DNA of 59,350 nt from Tubiluchus corallicola (Eukaryota > Animalia > Priapulida). The translations under genes were made by a program, and so were the position numbers. How positions within the stretch are numbered: position 1 is the first letter of the stretch; each line of letters begins with the position of its first letter. The stretch is from assembly GCA_030141605.1 (NCBI GenBank), contig JAQGDQ010001150.1, positions 1 through 59,350 of the forward strand. The letters run 5' to 3'. This document shows positions 1 through 12,694 of this stretch, one piece after another. Below the pieces are notes generated by a model. The model made no database searches. It was given only the letters and a program-made list of their open reading frames with translations, and had not been told where the DNA came from.

Positions 1-737
1 ATGTTCAATATTCAAACTGTAGTAGTACGAATTTATAATTTTGAATACATGATTATGTTAATTTTCTCAAGGACTGCCTTAAATCCTAAAAGCAGCCATT
101 TTGGACACCACTGTAGCCGCCATATTGGATCCACGATGGCGATAACCTCCTGACTCGTAGTACGAATTTATAATATTGAATACGTGATCATGTCAATTTT
201 CCATTTTGGACACCACTGTAGCCGCCATATTGGATCCAAGATGGCGATGACCTCCTGACCCTTATGTCCATCCCAATAGCACTAGTGTCATTCCCGGAAA
301 TTTCCTCAAAATTCATGCAGCCGCATGGCTGTGCCATAGCGACCAAACAGAAAAATTCGATTCGTTTAGCATTACTGATGATTTCAGGACACAAAATTAA
401 AAGATGGCACGCAGCGCCGACATCTTGAACTGCAAAGTCTGCAAATTGTAATAAATCAGCGCCTCTTGGGAATATTTTTGTGAAAAAGTAAAACATTTTT
501 TGCAAATGTGCCAAATAAAAAAAATTTTGATTTAGATTTATTTATTCATCCATTTATCACAATAGAAAAATAAAAGTTACAAAATTACTAATTAACAGTG
601 GATTACGGTGCTATGAGCGCAGCAGAAGAAATTAACTTATGCACTTCGCTCAACATGGATAAGACTTAATTAATGAGATAAACAATAACAACAACAACAA
701 ATGTTAATTGGAGCAAAACAAACTGATGCGAGAAAAC

Positions 738-1310
738 GATAATGACGATGTTGATGATGATGATGATGATGATGACGATGTTGATGATGATGATGATGAT
801 GATGACGATGTTGATGATGATGATGATGACGATGATAATGACGATATTGATGATGATGATGATGATGATGATAATGACGATGTTGATGATGATGATGATG
901 ATGAAGATAATGACGATGTTTATGATGATGATGATGATTATAATGACGACAATCATGATGGTGATGATGATGATAATGACGATGTTAATGATGATGGCGA
1001 TGATGATGATGTTGATGATGATGATGGCGATGATAATGATGTTGATGATGATGATGATGATGGCAATGATAATGATGTTGATGATGATGATGATAATGAT
1101 GATTTTGATGATGATGGCGATGATAATGACGATGTTGATGTTGAGGTAATGATGATGATGACTACGACAAAGACGACGACGACGATGATAATGACGATGT
1201 TGATGACAATGATGATGTTGATGATAATTATGACAACGATGGTGATATTAATGCTGATGACAATGGTGATGGTGATGACAGTGATAATGAATTGATGCTA
1301 ATGGTGATAA
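738..1310. repeat. Imperfect (GAT)n microsatellite
   Basis: Direct inspection. Confidence 0.95.
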
Positions 1311-1404
1311 TGGAATTGGAATTAAAATTACACAAACACAACAGATTGTAATAACGACGGCCATTAAGCCAGGTAAAAGCAACTTTTAGAATGAATTCTC
1401 GTAC

Positions 1405-1470
1405 CTGCCGATCAACTTTGATAACATCGAGCACGGTGTGAAGACAGCTCTGTTCTCCCAGACTGTAAAC
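1405..1470 (-). CDS. NUP188: Nucleoporin NUP188 internal exon (VYSLGEQSCLHTVLDVIKVDRQ)
   Basis: tttgtag acceptor and CAG|gtacga donor; 66 nt, phase 0/0; continues the frame of exon 4254-4367; resembles remembered vertebrate NUP188 FSLGMWSCLHAVLELI. Confidence 0.85.
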
Positions 1471-2433
1471 CTACAAAAAAAAGCGGAGGATGTACTTACG
1501 CTCACGGTAACATGTGAACATTCGTTTACACAATGTGACGTCATCGGAGTTGGTATGGAATCCTAACATCACACGGAAAATCGGCTCGTATTTCTGTATC
1601 ATTGTTTTGGATATAAGCACGTGGTGCCTCCTTGTGTTTGTTTTTTACAAATTTAACCTGTTGATAGACAGGTGAGCTAGGACAGGAAATAGGCCATTGG
1701 CTTCATTTTACAGACAGGATAGGGAAGAAGTCATTCGTGTTCAGTACGTCGTGTCGTTTGATCACAAAATTTTGTCAGTCGAGTTCTGTTTAGCAAGTCA
1801 GTAAGATGCGGCAAAGATGTAAGTTTGATTTCTTCATATTTCATAATATTATTATACATTTTCATTATAGCTGCTAATTATCCTTTTGACATTGGATTAG
1901 CAGAAAATATTTTTATTTGCTTCAGATAAAATGAAGTCGAGTCGCACATAATGTCAGTCAGTCAGTCAGTCAGTCAGTCAAATATGTCATGATGTGATAG
2001 TGATTTTGGGATGAGACGATGACTGTCCATTTTGGACAATAAAAAATCATAAATTACATCTAAAAGACTGTTGGACTTGTATTTAGCATGTGTCGCGCAC
2101 AATCATCGTACGAACTCTCATCACGGTCAAATGGGTAAAACGATGAAACTTTTAGGCCGTTTCAAGTGTAACCTGATGACGACAGCAACGATGACAACAA
2201 TGGCAGCGACAACAAAAATTATTGTTGTAACATAAAACTTTGTTACACTGTTATTGTGGTCTTTTGTAATGGTTCTCATCCACGATCGTTCTTGTAATAC
2301 ATTGCATTCATAAAAACTACACTGAACTGCAGGTTTAGAGTTCAAGTCTGTTTATCTTAAGATAAATCACTTTTCTGTTTTGACTGTTGCAAGCATAACA
2401 CTTTGATCAGAGATATGAACAATAAGGGATAAC

Positions 2434-3430
2434 CTTTTCCAATTAGCCAAACTTTGAAGCAGTTTAGTGTCTGCTTCACCTGAGACAGAGTGCATGAAAG
2501 ACAGAGTGTTTACAGAGTGACTGCCCGAGAGTTACTCCCTCTGTGTCAGCTTTTTCATTACCTTTTTTAACAGCAAAATGCTTCACTGAATCAAGAAGCT
2601 TTTCCAATTAGCCAAACTTTGAAGCAGTTTAGAGTCTGCTTCACCAGAGACAGAGTGCATGAAAGACAGAGTGCATGAAAGACAGAGTGTTTACAGAGTG
2701 ACTGCCCGAGAGTTACTGCCTCTGTGTCAGCTTTTTCATTACCTTTTTTAACAGCAAAATGCTTCACTGAATCAGGAAGCTTTTCCAATTAGCCAAACTT
2801 TGAAGCAGTTTAGAGTCTGTTTCACCAGAGACAGAGTGCATGAAAGACAGAGTGACTGCCCGAGAGTTACTGCCTCTGTGTCAGCTTTTTCATTACCTTT
2901 TTTAACAGCAAAATGTTTCACTGAATCAGGAAGCTTTTCCAATTAGCCAAACTTTGAAGCAGTTTAGAGTCTGTTTCACCAGAGACAGAGTGCATGAAAG
3001 ACAGAGTGTTTACAGAGTGACTGCCCGAGAGTTACTGCCTCTGTGTCAGCTTCTTCATTACCTTTTTTAACAGCAAAATGCTTCACTGAATCGGGAAGCT
3101 TTTCCAATTAGCCAAACTTTGAAGCAGTTTAGAGTCTGTTTCACCAGAGACAGAGTGCATGAAAGACAGAGTGTTTACAGAGTGACTGCCCGAGAGTTAC
3201 TGCCTCTGTGTCAGCTTTTTCATTACCTTTTTTAACAGCAAAATGCTTCACTGAATCAGAAAGCTTTTCCAATTAGCCAAACTTTGAAGCAGTTTAGTGT
3301 CTACTTCACCAGAGACAGAGTGCATGAAAGACAGAGTGTTTACAGAGTGACTGCCCGAAAGTTACTCCCTCTAAGTCAGCTTTTTCATTACCTTTTTTAA
3401 CAGTAAAACGTTTCACTGAATCAGGAAGCA
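2434..3430. repeat. Tandem repeat, ~165-bp unit, about 6 copies
   Basis: ttttccaattagccaaac recurs at about 2435, 2600, 2781, 2935, 3100 and 3265. Confidence 0.92.
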
Positions 3431-3679
3431 TTCTTAACTAGGTGACAATCATGAAGTACCACTTGGTACAAGCAATTACTAAGTCAATGTCCTAGTGGTG
3501 ATAGTTTGTACAAAACAAGAAACAGGAAAAACTTCAGAGAAGAAAAACAGAGAAATCAATAACCTTATAACAACAGGACAAGCAAATTGTGTTACTAATA
3601 ACAAAATTTCATCTTGACGTATTGCACAAAAGGGAATGAAACACTATACTTTTCTAAAACAAATTCTAATAACAACGAC

Positions 3680-4210
3680 GAAGATGATGACAATGACACT
3701 GACCTAGCAATGATGACAGTGACAACAACAACAACCGTTACGTTAATTCTAATGAAACACAGTGGAGTACACTGACAACGCGCTGAAGATGATGATGATG
3801 ATGATGATGATGACACTGAGCTAGCAATGGTGACAGTGACAACAACAACAACCGTTACGTTAATTCTAATGAAACACAGTGGAGTACACTCACAACGCGC
3901 TGAAGATGATGATGATGACACTGACCTAGCAATGATGACAGTGACAACAACAACAACCGTTACGTTAATTCTAGTGAAACACAGTGGAGTACACTGACAA
4001 CGCGCTGAAGATGATGATGATGACACTGACCTAGCAATGATGACAGTGACAACAACAACAACCGTTACGTTAATTCTAGTGAAACACAGTGGAGTACACT
4101 GACAACGCGCTGAAGATGATGATGATGACACTGACCTAGCAATGATGACAGTGACAACAACAACAACCGTTACGTTAATTCTAATGAAACACAGTGGAGT
4201 ACACTGACAA
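3680..4210. repeat. Tandem repeat, ~105-120-bp unit with embedded (GAT)n, about 5 copies
   Basis: accgttacgttaattcta recurs five times. Confidence 0.9.
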
Positions 4211-4253
4211 GGTGTACGCTAACGTACAAGCTACACATAATTACTCTAATTAC

Positions 4254-4367
4254 CTTATTAGATCCAACTTCCCTTTCCTCAATATCCAGAAAGAGCTCAA
4301 TCAATCCCGGTTGAGCCTCCACGCAAGAGGACAGCAATTCCAGGACTGCGATTTTCAATCTCACATC
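4254..4367 (-). CDS. NUP188: NUP188 internal exon (DVRLKIAVLELLSSCVEAQPGLIELFLDIEEREVGSNK)
   Basis: aacag acceptor, AAG|gtaatt donor, 114 nt; QPGLIELFL motif characteristic of NUP188. Confidence 0.92.
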
Positions 4368-5576
4368 CTGTTAAGAAATCGACGAGTAACAAAGTTGTAC
4401 ATTATGATAAATTTTAATGTTGTCGATGTTATAAGAGCAACTCGAAGAACTACAATCAGACTTGCTGACTTCACTTTCCGTAATTATCCATCGTATTTTT
4501 TCTGAAGTTTTAGTAGTATTTGTCCTGTTGAGTATTAGTACACCAAACTGAGGCGTATTAACCAATAACCTGACTAAGCTATAGCCTACGGTGCCAAATT
4601 TTGACGGCGGTACACTTTAGAAAAAGTTCTTATTCTCCTCGGAAAATGTGCATAGTGTATAATTTCATATTCACGTGAAAGGCGCATTTCATAACACACC
4701 ACAGGCAGTTACCGCACCCACTTTTATATAAGTGCCACATAACGAACAGGTGCAAGGTATTACACAACAAGCAGTTGCGCAGCCTGCTTGAATATAAGCG
4801 CTACGCAAATATGTAATTAATAACGACGATGTAGAAACTAGGGTAATAGACTATAGTGTTTCTAACACACCACAAGCAGTTGTTTAATCTGCTCATTACA
4901 TAAACAATCATAAATTCATCATAGAGATGGGCGGGAGGACAGAACTGTCAGCCTACGGTGCCGTAAAGTCTTGATACACCCCTGAAGTATTTAGTAGTAG
5001 GACATATACAACTGTTTAATAGTCCTCATCCTTTAAACTGTTGAATGCACCTAAATAAACGTTTCTTAATAAAATTTACATAAAAATACATCTCTGTTAG
5101 ATGAAATACTTTAAAGTTTTGTGCAATACGAGTGAAACTAAGTTTAATTTCATAACTTATGAAAAACAGGCAAGAAACTATTTACAACATAAAATTTGTT
5201 TATTTTTTCAAGTATTATTATCTTTAACTGTTAACATCGTTCTACTTTTTTTGATTTTCCAGTAAAGGTAGGTTTCTGATCTATTTTTTTAGTTCAGACT
5301 TTTTCTATTCTGGGTTCAGTTTCATTTCGCTATCTGTTGCTTACGTCGCGTAAATTTTAGGATAAGGATTGTAATTGTAACGCTTCTCAGTACAAGAAAA
5401 CGCTAAGCACGATGAAACGTGCGTTCTGACGCTGTACGTTATACTATACGTATACCTATAAAATACGAGCTGTCGTGATACAACAAAAGCTTAGTCATGT
5501 ATGGGGAGTACCTCAAGGTTGACTTCTTGCACCCATTTTATTACGTATACATATTAAATATGAGCTTTGTACGAAC

Positions 5577-5666
5577 CTCGGAATCAAATCGTAACCTAGT
5601 GATGTAGACGTCTCTCACGGGCTCGGCCACGCTGCCCAGGCAGGCCAGCAGGGACATCGGAAACAC
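5577..5666 (-). CDS. NUP188: NUP188 internal exon (VFPMSLLACLGSVAEPVRDVYITRLRFDSE)
   Basis: ttctag acceptor, GAG|gttcgt donor, 90 nt; matches the PMSxxACLG...RD...TRL segment of NUP188; absent from the ORF track. Confidence 0.9.
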
Positions 5667-6089
5667 CTAGAAAATGAACTAAAGGTAAATGTGTGCTTGT
5701 ATAGCAAAATCGTCACTTAAAATTTTCTAGTTATTCACATATCCTGAATCTCCATTTCATGAGGATCATTTTGATACCAAGTTCATCACTCTATGCCATT
5801 TCTAAGCTGAGATAATCCACATTGAAGTTGAGGTGCAGGCTACGCACTGAAAAACTTAATCTTGAGAAAATCACTGTTAAAGTTAGCCAGCGTTTCTACA
5901 AAACACTTAGTAACTGCACAAATGTTGGTTGCTACGGACTTAGCGAGAACACATTGAAGTTATGTTTAAATCCAGTAGATGGCTCTTCCTGACAAAGATC
6001 TTGGCCCGGCAAAAGAAAAACCCAAAGCAAAATGGTTCCACGAACTACTATCAGAGTTTGAAAAGTTTTTTTTGTACAATTGCAGTACT

Positions 6090-6530
6090 AGTATTAGCTG
6101 ACACTAGCTTAGCATGACAAGAATACTAGCTATAACTAGCACTAGCTGACACTAGTATTAGTTGAGACTAGTATTAGCTGACACTAGTATTAGTTGGCAC
6201 TAGCACAAGCTGACACTAGCACTAGCTGACACTAGCACTAGCTGACAAGAGCACTAGCTGACACTAGCACAAGCTGACACTAGCACTAGTTGACACTAGC
6301 ACTAGTTGACACTAGCACTAGCTGACACTAGCACAAGCTGACACTAGCACAAGCTGACACTAGCACTAGCTGACAAGAGCACTAGCTGACACTAGCACAA
6401 GCTGACACTAGCACAAGCTGACACTAGCACTAGCACTAACTGGCACTAGCACTAGCTGACACTAGCACTAGCCGAGACTAGCATTAGCTGACAATTAGCT
6501 GACACTAGCACTAGTTGACACTAGCTTAGC
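6090..6530. repeat. Minisatellite, 17-bp unit (ctagcactagctgacac-like)
   Basis: Direct inspection. Confidence 0.9.
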
Positions 6531-6644
6531 ATGACTTTAACACTGACTTTCTAGTGCTAAAGTAATAGGTCGCATAAGACCTATTTTGAACGGAGCAGTC
6601 CTGTAGGAGTTAAGACACATTCGTCAAACATAAACGAAGCTTAC

Positions 6645-6888
6645 CATGGCAATCCGCTTTAGCAACAACGCCGCGAGCGTAGGCAGTCTGGGATCGTATC
6701 TATGGTACATGTACTGTGCGACGGTCGCCACGACGCATCGCGGAAGCTTACCGCTCGGTTGCTGACAGAGGGCTTGTTCGACGGGAGAAAGGGGCTGGTC
6801 GATTTTCTTCAGTAGGAGGAGGCGGTTGAGCACGGACAGGCCGAGGCGGATCAGGTTCGTCAGTTCAACGCCCGTGCCTTCAGTCCAA
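6645..6888 (-). CDS. NUP188: NUP188 internal exon (WTEGTGVELTNLIRLGLSVLNRLL...SPVEQAL...YMYHRYDPRLPTLAALLLKRIAM)
   Basis: ttccag acceptor, ATG|gtaagc donor, 244 nt phase 2/0; SPxEQAL and YxYHxxDPxLP motifs of NUP188. Confidence 0.92.
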
Positions 6889-7603
6889 CTGGAAAACAAA
6901 ACAGAAATATAATAAACAAAACAAACAAAGCAATGTATGAAAAAATATACAAAAATTACTTATAAACAATTCGCCAATTTGCCAAGCAAAACGAAGTGCT
7001 CAACGACTAAACATAGCTGAGGCAGAACTGGTACCTACCTCCTTATAAAACAATCCTCTAAAGATGAGATACTGAAATGGAGGAGGCATCTTAGACAGAT
7101 TCTTTGTTCAGATTAATACACTCCTCACAAACTAGGGGCCGTGTAACAGATGAACTAGACGCAATTTTGTAGCAGTCATCCATCCAACTACTAATAAGAC
7201 TGGCACTGCTTAACTAGTGCAACCAAACGCTAATGCATTCACTTCACTGCCCATGGAGGAATATTAGAAATAACTTATCCGCAAAAGGGCAATGTCTAGC
7301 AGACGCTAGCAGTGCAGCGGACAGTGGGCTATCTCAGACATGTTCACATGACCGCATGCGCACAACAGCTAAACACCACGTTGCTGGAGCGCACTAAGCT
7401 GGGCTGTGAAGCAAACAGTACTACTCTCACGTGCTCTGGTCCCGTACAAGTACAAGGAAAGAACTAAAGAAAAAAACTTATATTATATTGAATATTACCG
7501 ATAATACTGAGTGAAAATAGGGGGCGCTGCAGTTCCACACTAGCTATACACGAGCCGCCATTGATCGTATGCCATCAGTTGCTCTCAATTACGTCGCAAG
7601 GTT

Positions 7604-7870
7604 ACCAGATGGTTTAGTCCAGTGGTAACGCGTCTGCTTTCCGTCTGGGCGGTCGTGAGTTCGAACCAGCGGCCGGGTCATACCCAAGACTTTAAAAATG
7701 GTACCGCTGTTGCCCTGCCTGGTGCGTGGTATTTAGGGTAAAAGTGGGGTAATAATAGTCTCCGTTATGCAGTTGTAGGTTGTTATTTACAGTCGGCGAT
7801 AATAGCTCTTTGAGCTAATGTTAATTGTTGACCCAAAAGCCGACTTTAAATAAAGATTATTATTATTATT
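7604..7870 (+). mobile_element. tRNA-derived SINE
   Basis: Pol III A-box-like TAGTCCAGTGG and B-box GAGTTCGAACC, (ATT)n tail; three dispersed copies in the window. Confidence 0.85.
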
Positions 7871-7955
7871 TTTTCTTATAAGGTCAACTTATGTCTGCCT
7901 TAAGTCAACAGTTTCTCCACCACTTAATACACAAATACATATTCATTTAAATTAC

Positions 7956-8193
7956 CTAGTCTGCTGTTCGAGAGCCGACTGTATCTCATTCTCTCCAATG
8001 GCCACGATGCTCAACAGTGTATGCCCGGCCGCCGTGTACAGCAGACCTTCAATGCACGTGTCTCGGAGCTTGTTCGCGTCGTCAGTGGCGCTCGCAGGTT
8101 CGCCCACGACGTCTGCAGGTGGCGGTTGCGCGCGTCTCCGCACGCGCTTGTCAATCTGTAGGATCCTGTGGAAGACGTCCAAGCACTTTTGTC
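7956..8193 (-). CDS. NUP188: NUP188 internal exon (QKCLDVFHRIL...CIEGLLYTAAGHTLLSIVAIG...)
   Basis: aaccag acceptor, AG|gtaatt donor, 238 nt phase 1/2; resembles NUP188 CICSLAYTEAGQTVINIMGIG. Confidence 0.9.
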
Positions 8194-8259
8194 CTGGTTA
8201 AAATAAAAAAAAACACCTGTACCGCCTGCAAAATACCATTAGCAATAATGTTGGTAAAT

Positions 8260-8650
8260 TTAAAGGCCTGTATAACCCCAACAGGTATTGAAGTTTTTTT
8301 AATGCATTATTATGACTACACTAAGAATTCACAGTTATTATTAAGCAAAAGAAACTTAAATAAATTAAATAACTTGCCTTTTTCTGGGGAATTTTGAACG
8401 CGTGCATTGCCATAAAAATCGCCATGTTTCATGTCTTTAGCGCGAGTGAGCGAGAATGACGTACGAGGTACAGAAAGCGTCCTTGGTTACCGATGTTTGT
8501 TTACCGATCTTTGGTGCCCTCGTGACTGCACTCATGACGTCATTCGTCTCGCGCAACAAAAAATGGCGGTTCTTCAAATTTAATACCGCTAACAACGAAG
8601 TGATAAAAAAATCATAAGAAACAAGTTTTACAGTAAGTTTATAATGAAAG
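8260..8650. mobile_element. Dispersed repeat, probably a DNA-transposon end starting at TTAA; inverted copy about 47720-48150
   Basis: Reverse-complement similarity seen by eye between the two regions. Confidence 0.6.
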
Positions 8651-8969
8651 ATTTTGCACAGAAAAGAGTTACTCTGCTGCAGTACCGCAAATCAAATTCG
8701 GGGTGATTGTTAGAAAAAACTCGTTTATCTTTATCCATCGTGTCGCAAAAGGAAAGTGGGACTTGAGGAAGCCAAAAGCACCGGCACAAATGGCTTCACC
8801 ACGAAAACAAATGATCAAAACATTAAAGGGGTAGGGTACCAGAAGTTCTTTTGCCTCCGGGTGTCACAAGCAGTTGCCACGCCAATGATCCAGACACCAC
8901 CCACTATCGCTCACCTAAATTTGTAAAGCTTGGTTCACATTTGTTTAAATTCTGAAGCTACGTATTTAC

Positions 8970-9087
8970 CTATAAATTGTCTCTCGCTTGGATTATTGTA
9001 CTGCCACTTGTAAAAGTGAGTAAAGATGTCGGTGATCATGAACACTAGACAGGCGATGAGCGTTTTGTCGTCACTGCAACACAACGG
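8970..9087 (-). CDS. NUP188: NUP188 internal exon (PLCCSDDKTLIACLVFMITDIFTHFYKWQYNNPSERQFIG)
   Basis: tttttgcag acceptor, G|gtaaat donor, 118 nt phase 0/1; resembles NUP188 LVPCVMFVLKEMLPSYHKWRYN. Confidence 0.9.
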
Positions 9088-10377
9088 CTGCAAAAAATAT
9101 AAAAAAAAAAAACCACGGTAACTAAACGATTTCAATCATTTTTCGAATTCAGTAACCTCTACAACATTACTCACAACTAGTATGTACCTTTCTGTCTTTG
9201 ATAATTGTGTTACTCGTACACGTTAATAACATGAAAAATGCATCTGAGCATGATTCTGCAAGCGGGGGCGTATTAACACTTTACCCTAGGCTGATAGCTC
9301 TGTCCCACCCATCTCCATTGTGAATTTATGGTTGCTTATGTAGTGAACAGATCAAACAATTACTTGTGGTGTATTAGAAACACTATTAATGTAATTTCTA
9401 CATGGTCATGATTAATTACATGTATTTGCAAAACGCTTATATTTAAGCAGGCTGCTCAACTGCTTGTTGTGTAATACCTTGCACCTGTTCGTTATGTGGC
9501 ACCTATATACTTACTTGTACTTTTGCTGGTTTTGAAAACAAGTTGTAGCACCAGAGCGAGTTGTTAGCACGCCGATGGCCAGTAAGTCTGCAGGGGGCTG
9601 CCTCCTCGGGGTGGAGACCACCAAGCCCACAGGGTACCAGAACTCCCTCAGTTATGTCTGCCATGGTTGGACCTCAAGGGGTATAAAAACCCAGACGGCA
9701 TAGCCTTGCTACAGACCCGTTACCACCCGCTACGCCCGATCGTAAAGATCTTCAATGAGGCTAGGGAGTTCAGTTTGACTAAGGGAGTTGAGTTTGGCTA
9801 TCACCTATATAGAAGCTGTGCTCAGTAACTCCCTGTGGTGTGCTATAAAATGTGCCCTTTACATGAATATGAAGGTACAGAATAAGATATTTTCTAAAGT
9901 GTGATACCCCTCAAACTTGGGCACTCTAGACTATAGCATTTTGAACAAACACAGTTTTGTAACAAACATTCTAATGCCATGGGAATAATTTGAAGCACAG
10001 ACGCCTAACAATCAAGAATCATTTGAACAATCACAATGCTTCCATGTGGAAGTAACAGAATAACGTATTCTAGAACAATGACAACAATGTTATTTTTCTT
10101 TTCAAAGTAAGTAGCGAGCTCCAATCCTTTGTATCCGACCATCAGGAACTGAAAAATCACCCCAATAAGAGCTGGGCTTCACAAAGTACTAATGAATGCA
10201 TCACACTGATCCACTTAACTTGTAAATGTGATTTTTTTAAACGTCAAAAAACTTCAGATGATGAATGCAGTTCAAACAAGCACTTTTAATACTGACTGCT
10301 GCACTACTCTAGCACATGCATGGTAAGAAGATTACTTGTTTCTTGTTAAACTTGGCTTTACAGGTGACTTATACGTT

Positions 10378-10645
10378 ACCATACGGTTTAGTCTAGTGGT
10401 AACGTGTCTACTTTCTGTCTGGGAGGTCGTCGTGAGTTCGATACTGCAGCTGGGTTACACCAAAGACTTTGAGATGGTACCTGCTGTTGCGTGCCTGGAG
10501 CGTGGTATTTAGGGTAAAAGTGGGGTAATAATAATCTCTTGTTACGTAGATTTGTTATATACAGTTGGCAAAAAGCTTTTTCAGCTTATGTTAATTGTTA
10601 ATCAGAAAGTCGCTTTTGAATAAAGATTATTACTATATTATTATT
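10378..10645 (+). mobile_element. tRNA-derived SINE, diverged copy
   Basis: Colinear with 7604-7870, including the A/B boxes and ATT tail. Confidence 0.8.
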
Positions 10646-10653
10646 AAATAGTA

Positions 10654-11285
10654 CAGTGTTCCCTCACTTATTGCGGGTGTTCCGTTCCAGGCCCACCCGC
10701 GATAAGTGAATTTCCGCGAAGTAGGGACGCTATACTTATTTTACTAGTTATACATTATTTTAAGTCTTTATAAACCCTCCCCACACTCTTATACATAACC
10801 CTTTCCTATTCCCTTAATAACTTTTCCCGTACTGTACATGTACCTTTTAAAAAACTTTACTTAAATGTTCATAAAAATGTTCACAATCAACCAATCATGT
10901 GTTGTGTACAATCTCACGTCGGCAAGTAGCATCTCAAGCGGGCGCAAGTACTACATTTCGTTTTTGCTGTGTATTCATCCGCCGAATAAATACACTATTT
11001 ACTGTAAATGGTAATTTTTTATGATTTATAATATTCTTTTAATGTTAGAATTAATATTTTTAATATATTTTTATACATTTTGTGATTTTTTATGCAAAAT
11101 TCATCAAATCTATACATTACTGTACAACACCTACTACGCATGTGCAAAAATACTTTAGACTGAGTACCGAAAAAACCCGCGAAACGGCGAAAATACCGCG
11201 ATAAATATTTTACATTAATATTTTTGAAAACCCGCGAAACAGCGAGTCCGCGATAAACGAACCGCGAAGTAGCGAGGGAGCACTG
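10654..11285. mobile_element. Tc1/mariner-pogo (Tigger-like) MITE
   Basis: TIRs CAGTGTTCCCTC.../...GAGGGAGCACTG flanked by TA on both sides; fragments recur near 28650-28920 and 49960-50000. Confidence 0.8.
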
Positions 11286-12047
11286 TAATCATATTATTCT
11301 AGAAAGTTCAGGAATGCTTTAGAAATCTCCTTATATTCCATATAGCATGAGCACAAAGACAATCTTTGCTAAGTCGTAAAAACGTCTTCAAGATTTCTGT
11401 AAGCCCCAATACGCAAGCACTGCCTATATTAATATAATTAAGGTACATTATTAAATTTAAAATGAGTTTTCAAGTTAAAGCAAAATTACCTAATCAGAGA
11501 TCATCGTAGCCGACTTAATTACTACATACAGCCTAGAAAAAAGCTATTGTTGTTATTTAAGGGCGTGTGTAGGGTGTGGTGCGGCTTAGCCAGTCGATAA
11601 TTTTGGAAGAAACAGTGACGTTTCTCTAAATGTCGATTGTATTACTGTGAAAACCTGTAGTGTTCTGCATCTTTCATAATCTTTGCATGTTTTAATGCTT
11701 GAGCTGAATATTTAACGACTGTCGTGCTATGAGCAATTAATGCATAGAAAAGAGTTATTCTGCTGCAGTACCACAAATCAAATTTAGGGAGATTCTTAGA
11801 AAGAATGCGTTTATCTTTAACCCATCATGTCGCAAAAGGAAAGTGGAGCTCAGGGAAGCCAAAAGCACCGGCACAATTTGTGGCTTCACCCCAAAAACAA
11901 ATGATCAAAACATTAAAGGGGTAGGGTGCCAGAAGTTGTTTTGCTTCCGGGTGCCACAAGCAGTTGCCACGCCACTGATCCAGATACCACGCCCTATCAC
12001 TCACCTAAATTTGTAAAGCTTGGTTCACATCTGTTTAACCTATTTAC

Positions 12048-12117
12048 CTATAAATTGTCTCTCGCTTGAATTCTTGTACTGCCTCTTGTAAAAGTGAGTA
12101 AAGATGTCGGTGATCAT
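12048..12117 (-). pseudogene. Truncated duplicate of NUP188 exon 8970-9087 (MITDIFTHFYKRQYKNSSERQFI)
   Basis: Part of a duplicated block, about 11741-12117 matching about 8655-9039; donor retained, acceptor half missing, W>R change. Confidence 0.8.
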
Positions 12118-12694
12118 TTACTCTTTATCCCACTTTGTCGAAAAAAGGAAAGTCCGGGCTCAGGCACAATTTGTTGCTTCACCAACGAAACAAATGATCA
12201 CAATATTAAAAGGGTAGGGCACCAGACGTTTTTTGTCCCCTGGACGCCACAACAAGCACTTGCTACACCACTGTATTTCTCCTAATTTACAGTTATGCAT
12301 TTCAACATGCATTTATGCATTTAATTTCACATACTATTAACAAATAATAGTCTTTCTATCTTTTATATCATCTCATATATGAGCTTCATTCATTACATCA
12401 TTCCATTTTAAGCACTAATGTTTTTTTATCATGATTCACTTTAAATTTTCAGATTATCTCCATTACTTTTTTTTCTTTCACTGTGTGGGACAATCTAACA
12501 AGCCCTGCTTTTTGATTGCCCGCAACACATTTACCTTCGTGTATAAGTGAACAGTGTTTGAGGCTTTTCCTGTGTAGTATTTCTTATTTGTATTATGTTC
12601 ATTGTAGGCCCTTTCACTAGATATTGTACATGAAACTATTGTAAATGTGTAATGTGAAATAAATGACTTATGACTTAAGATTTCCTTTTTCTAG

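Noticed and set aside
666-1295. Poly-Asp, poly-Met and poly-Ile ORFs
   Set aside because: They are translations of a (GAT)n microsatellite inside a NUP188 intron, open in several frames on both strands
7604-7680. tRNA gene
   Set aside because: A and B boxes are present, but the sequence continues into a shared body with an ATT tail in three dispersed copies, which indicates a SINE
9535-9755. GC-richer insert with TATAAAA as a promoter or ncRNA
   Set aside because: It interrupts a dispersed repeat (9280-9940, an inverted relative of 4580-4960) and is probably a retroelement fragment; no support for function
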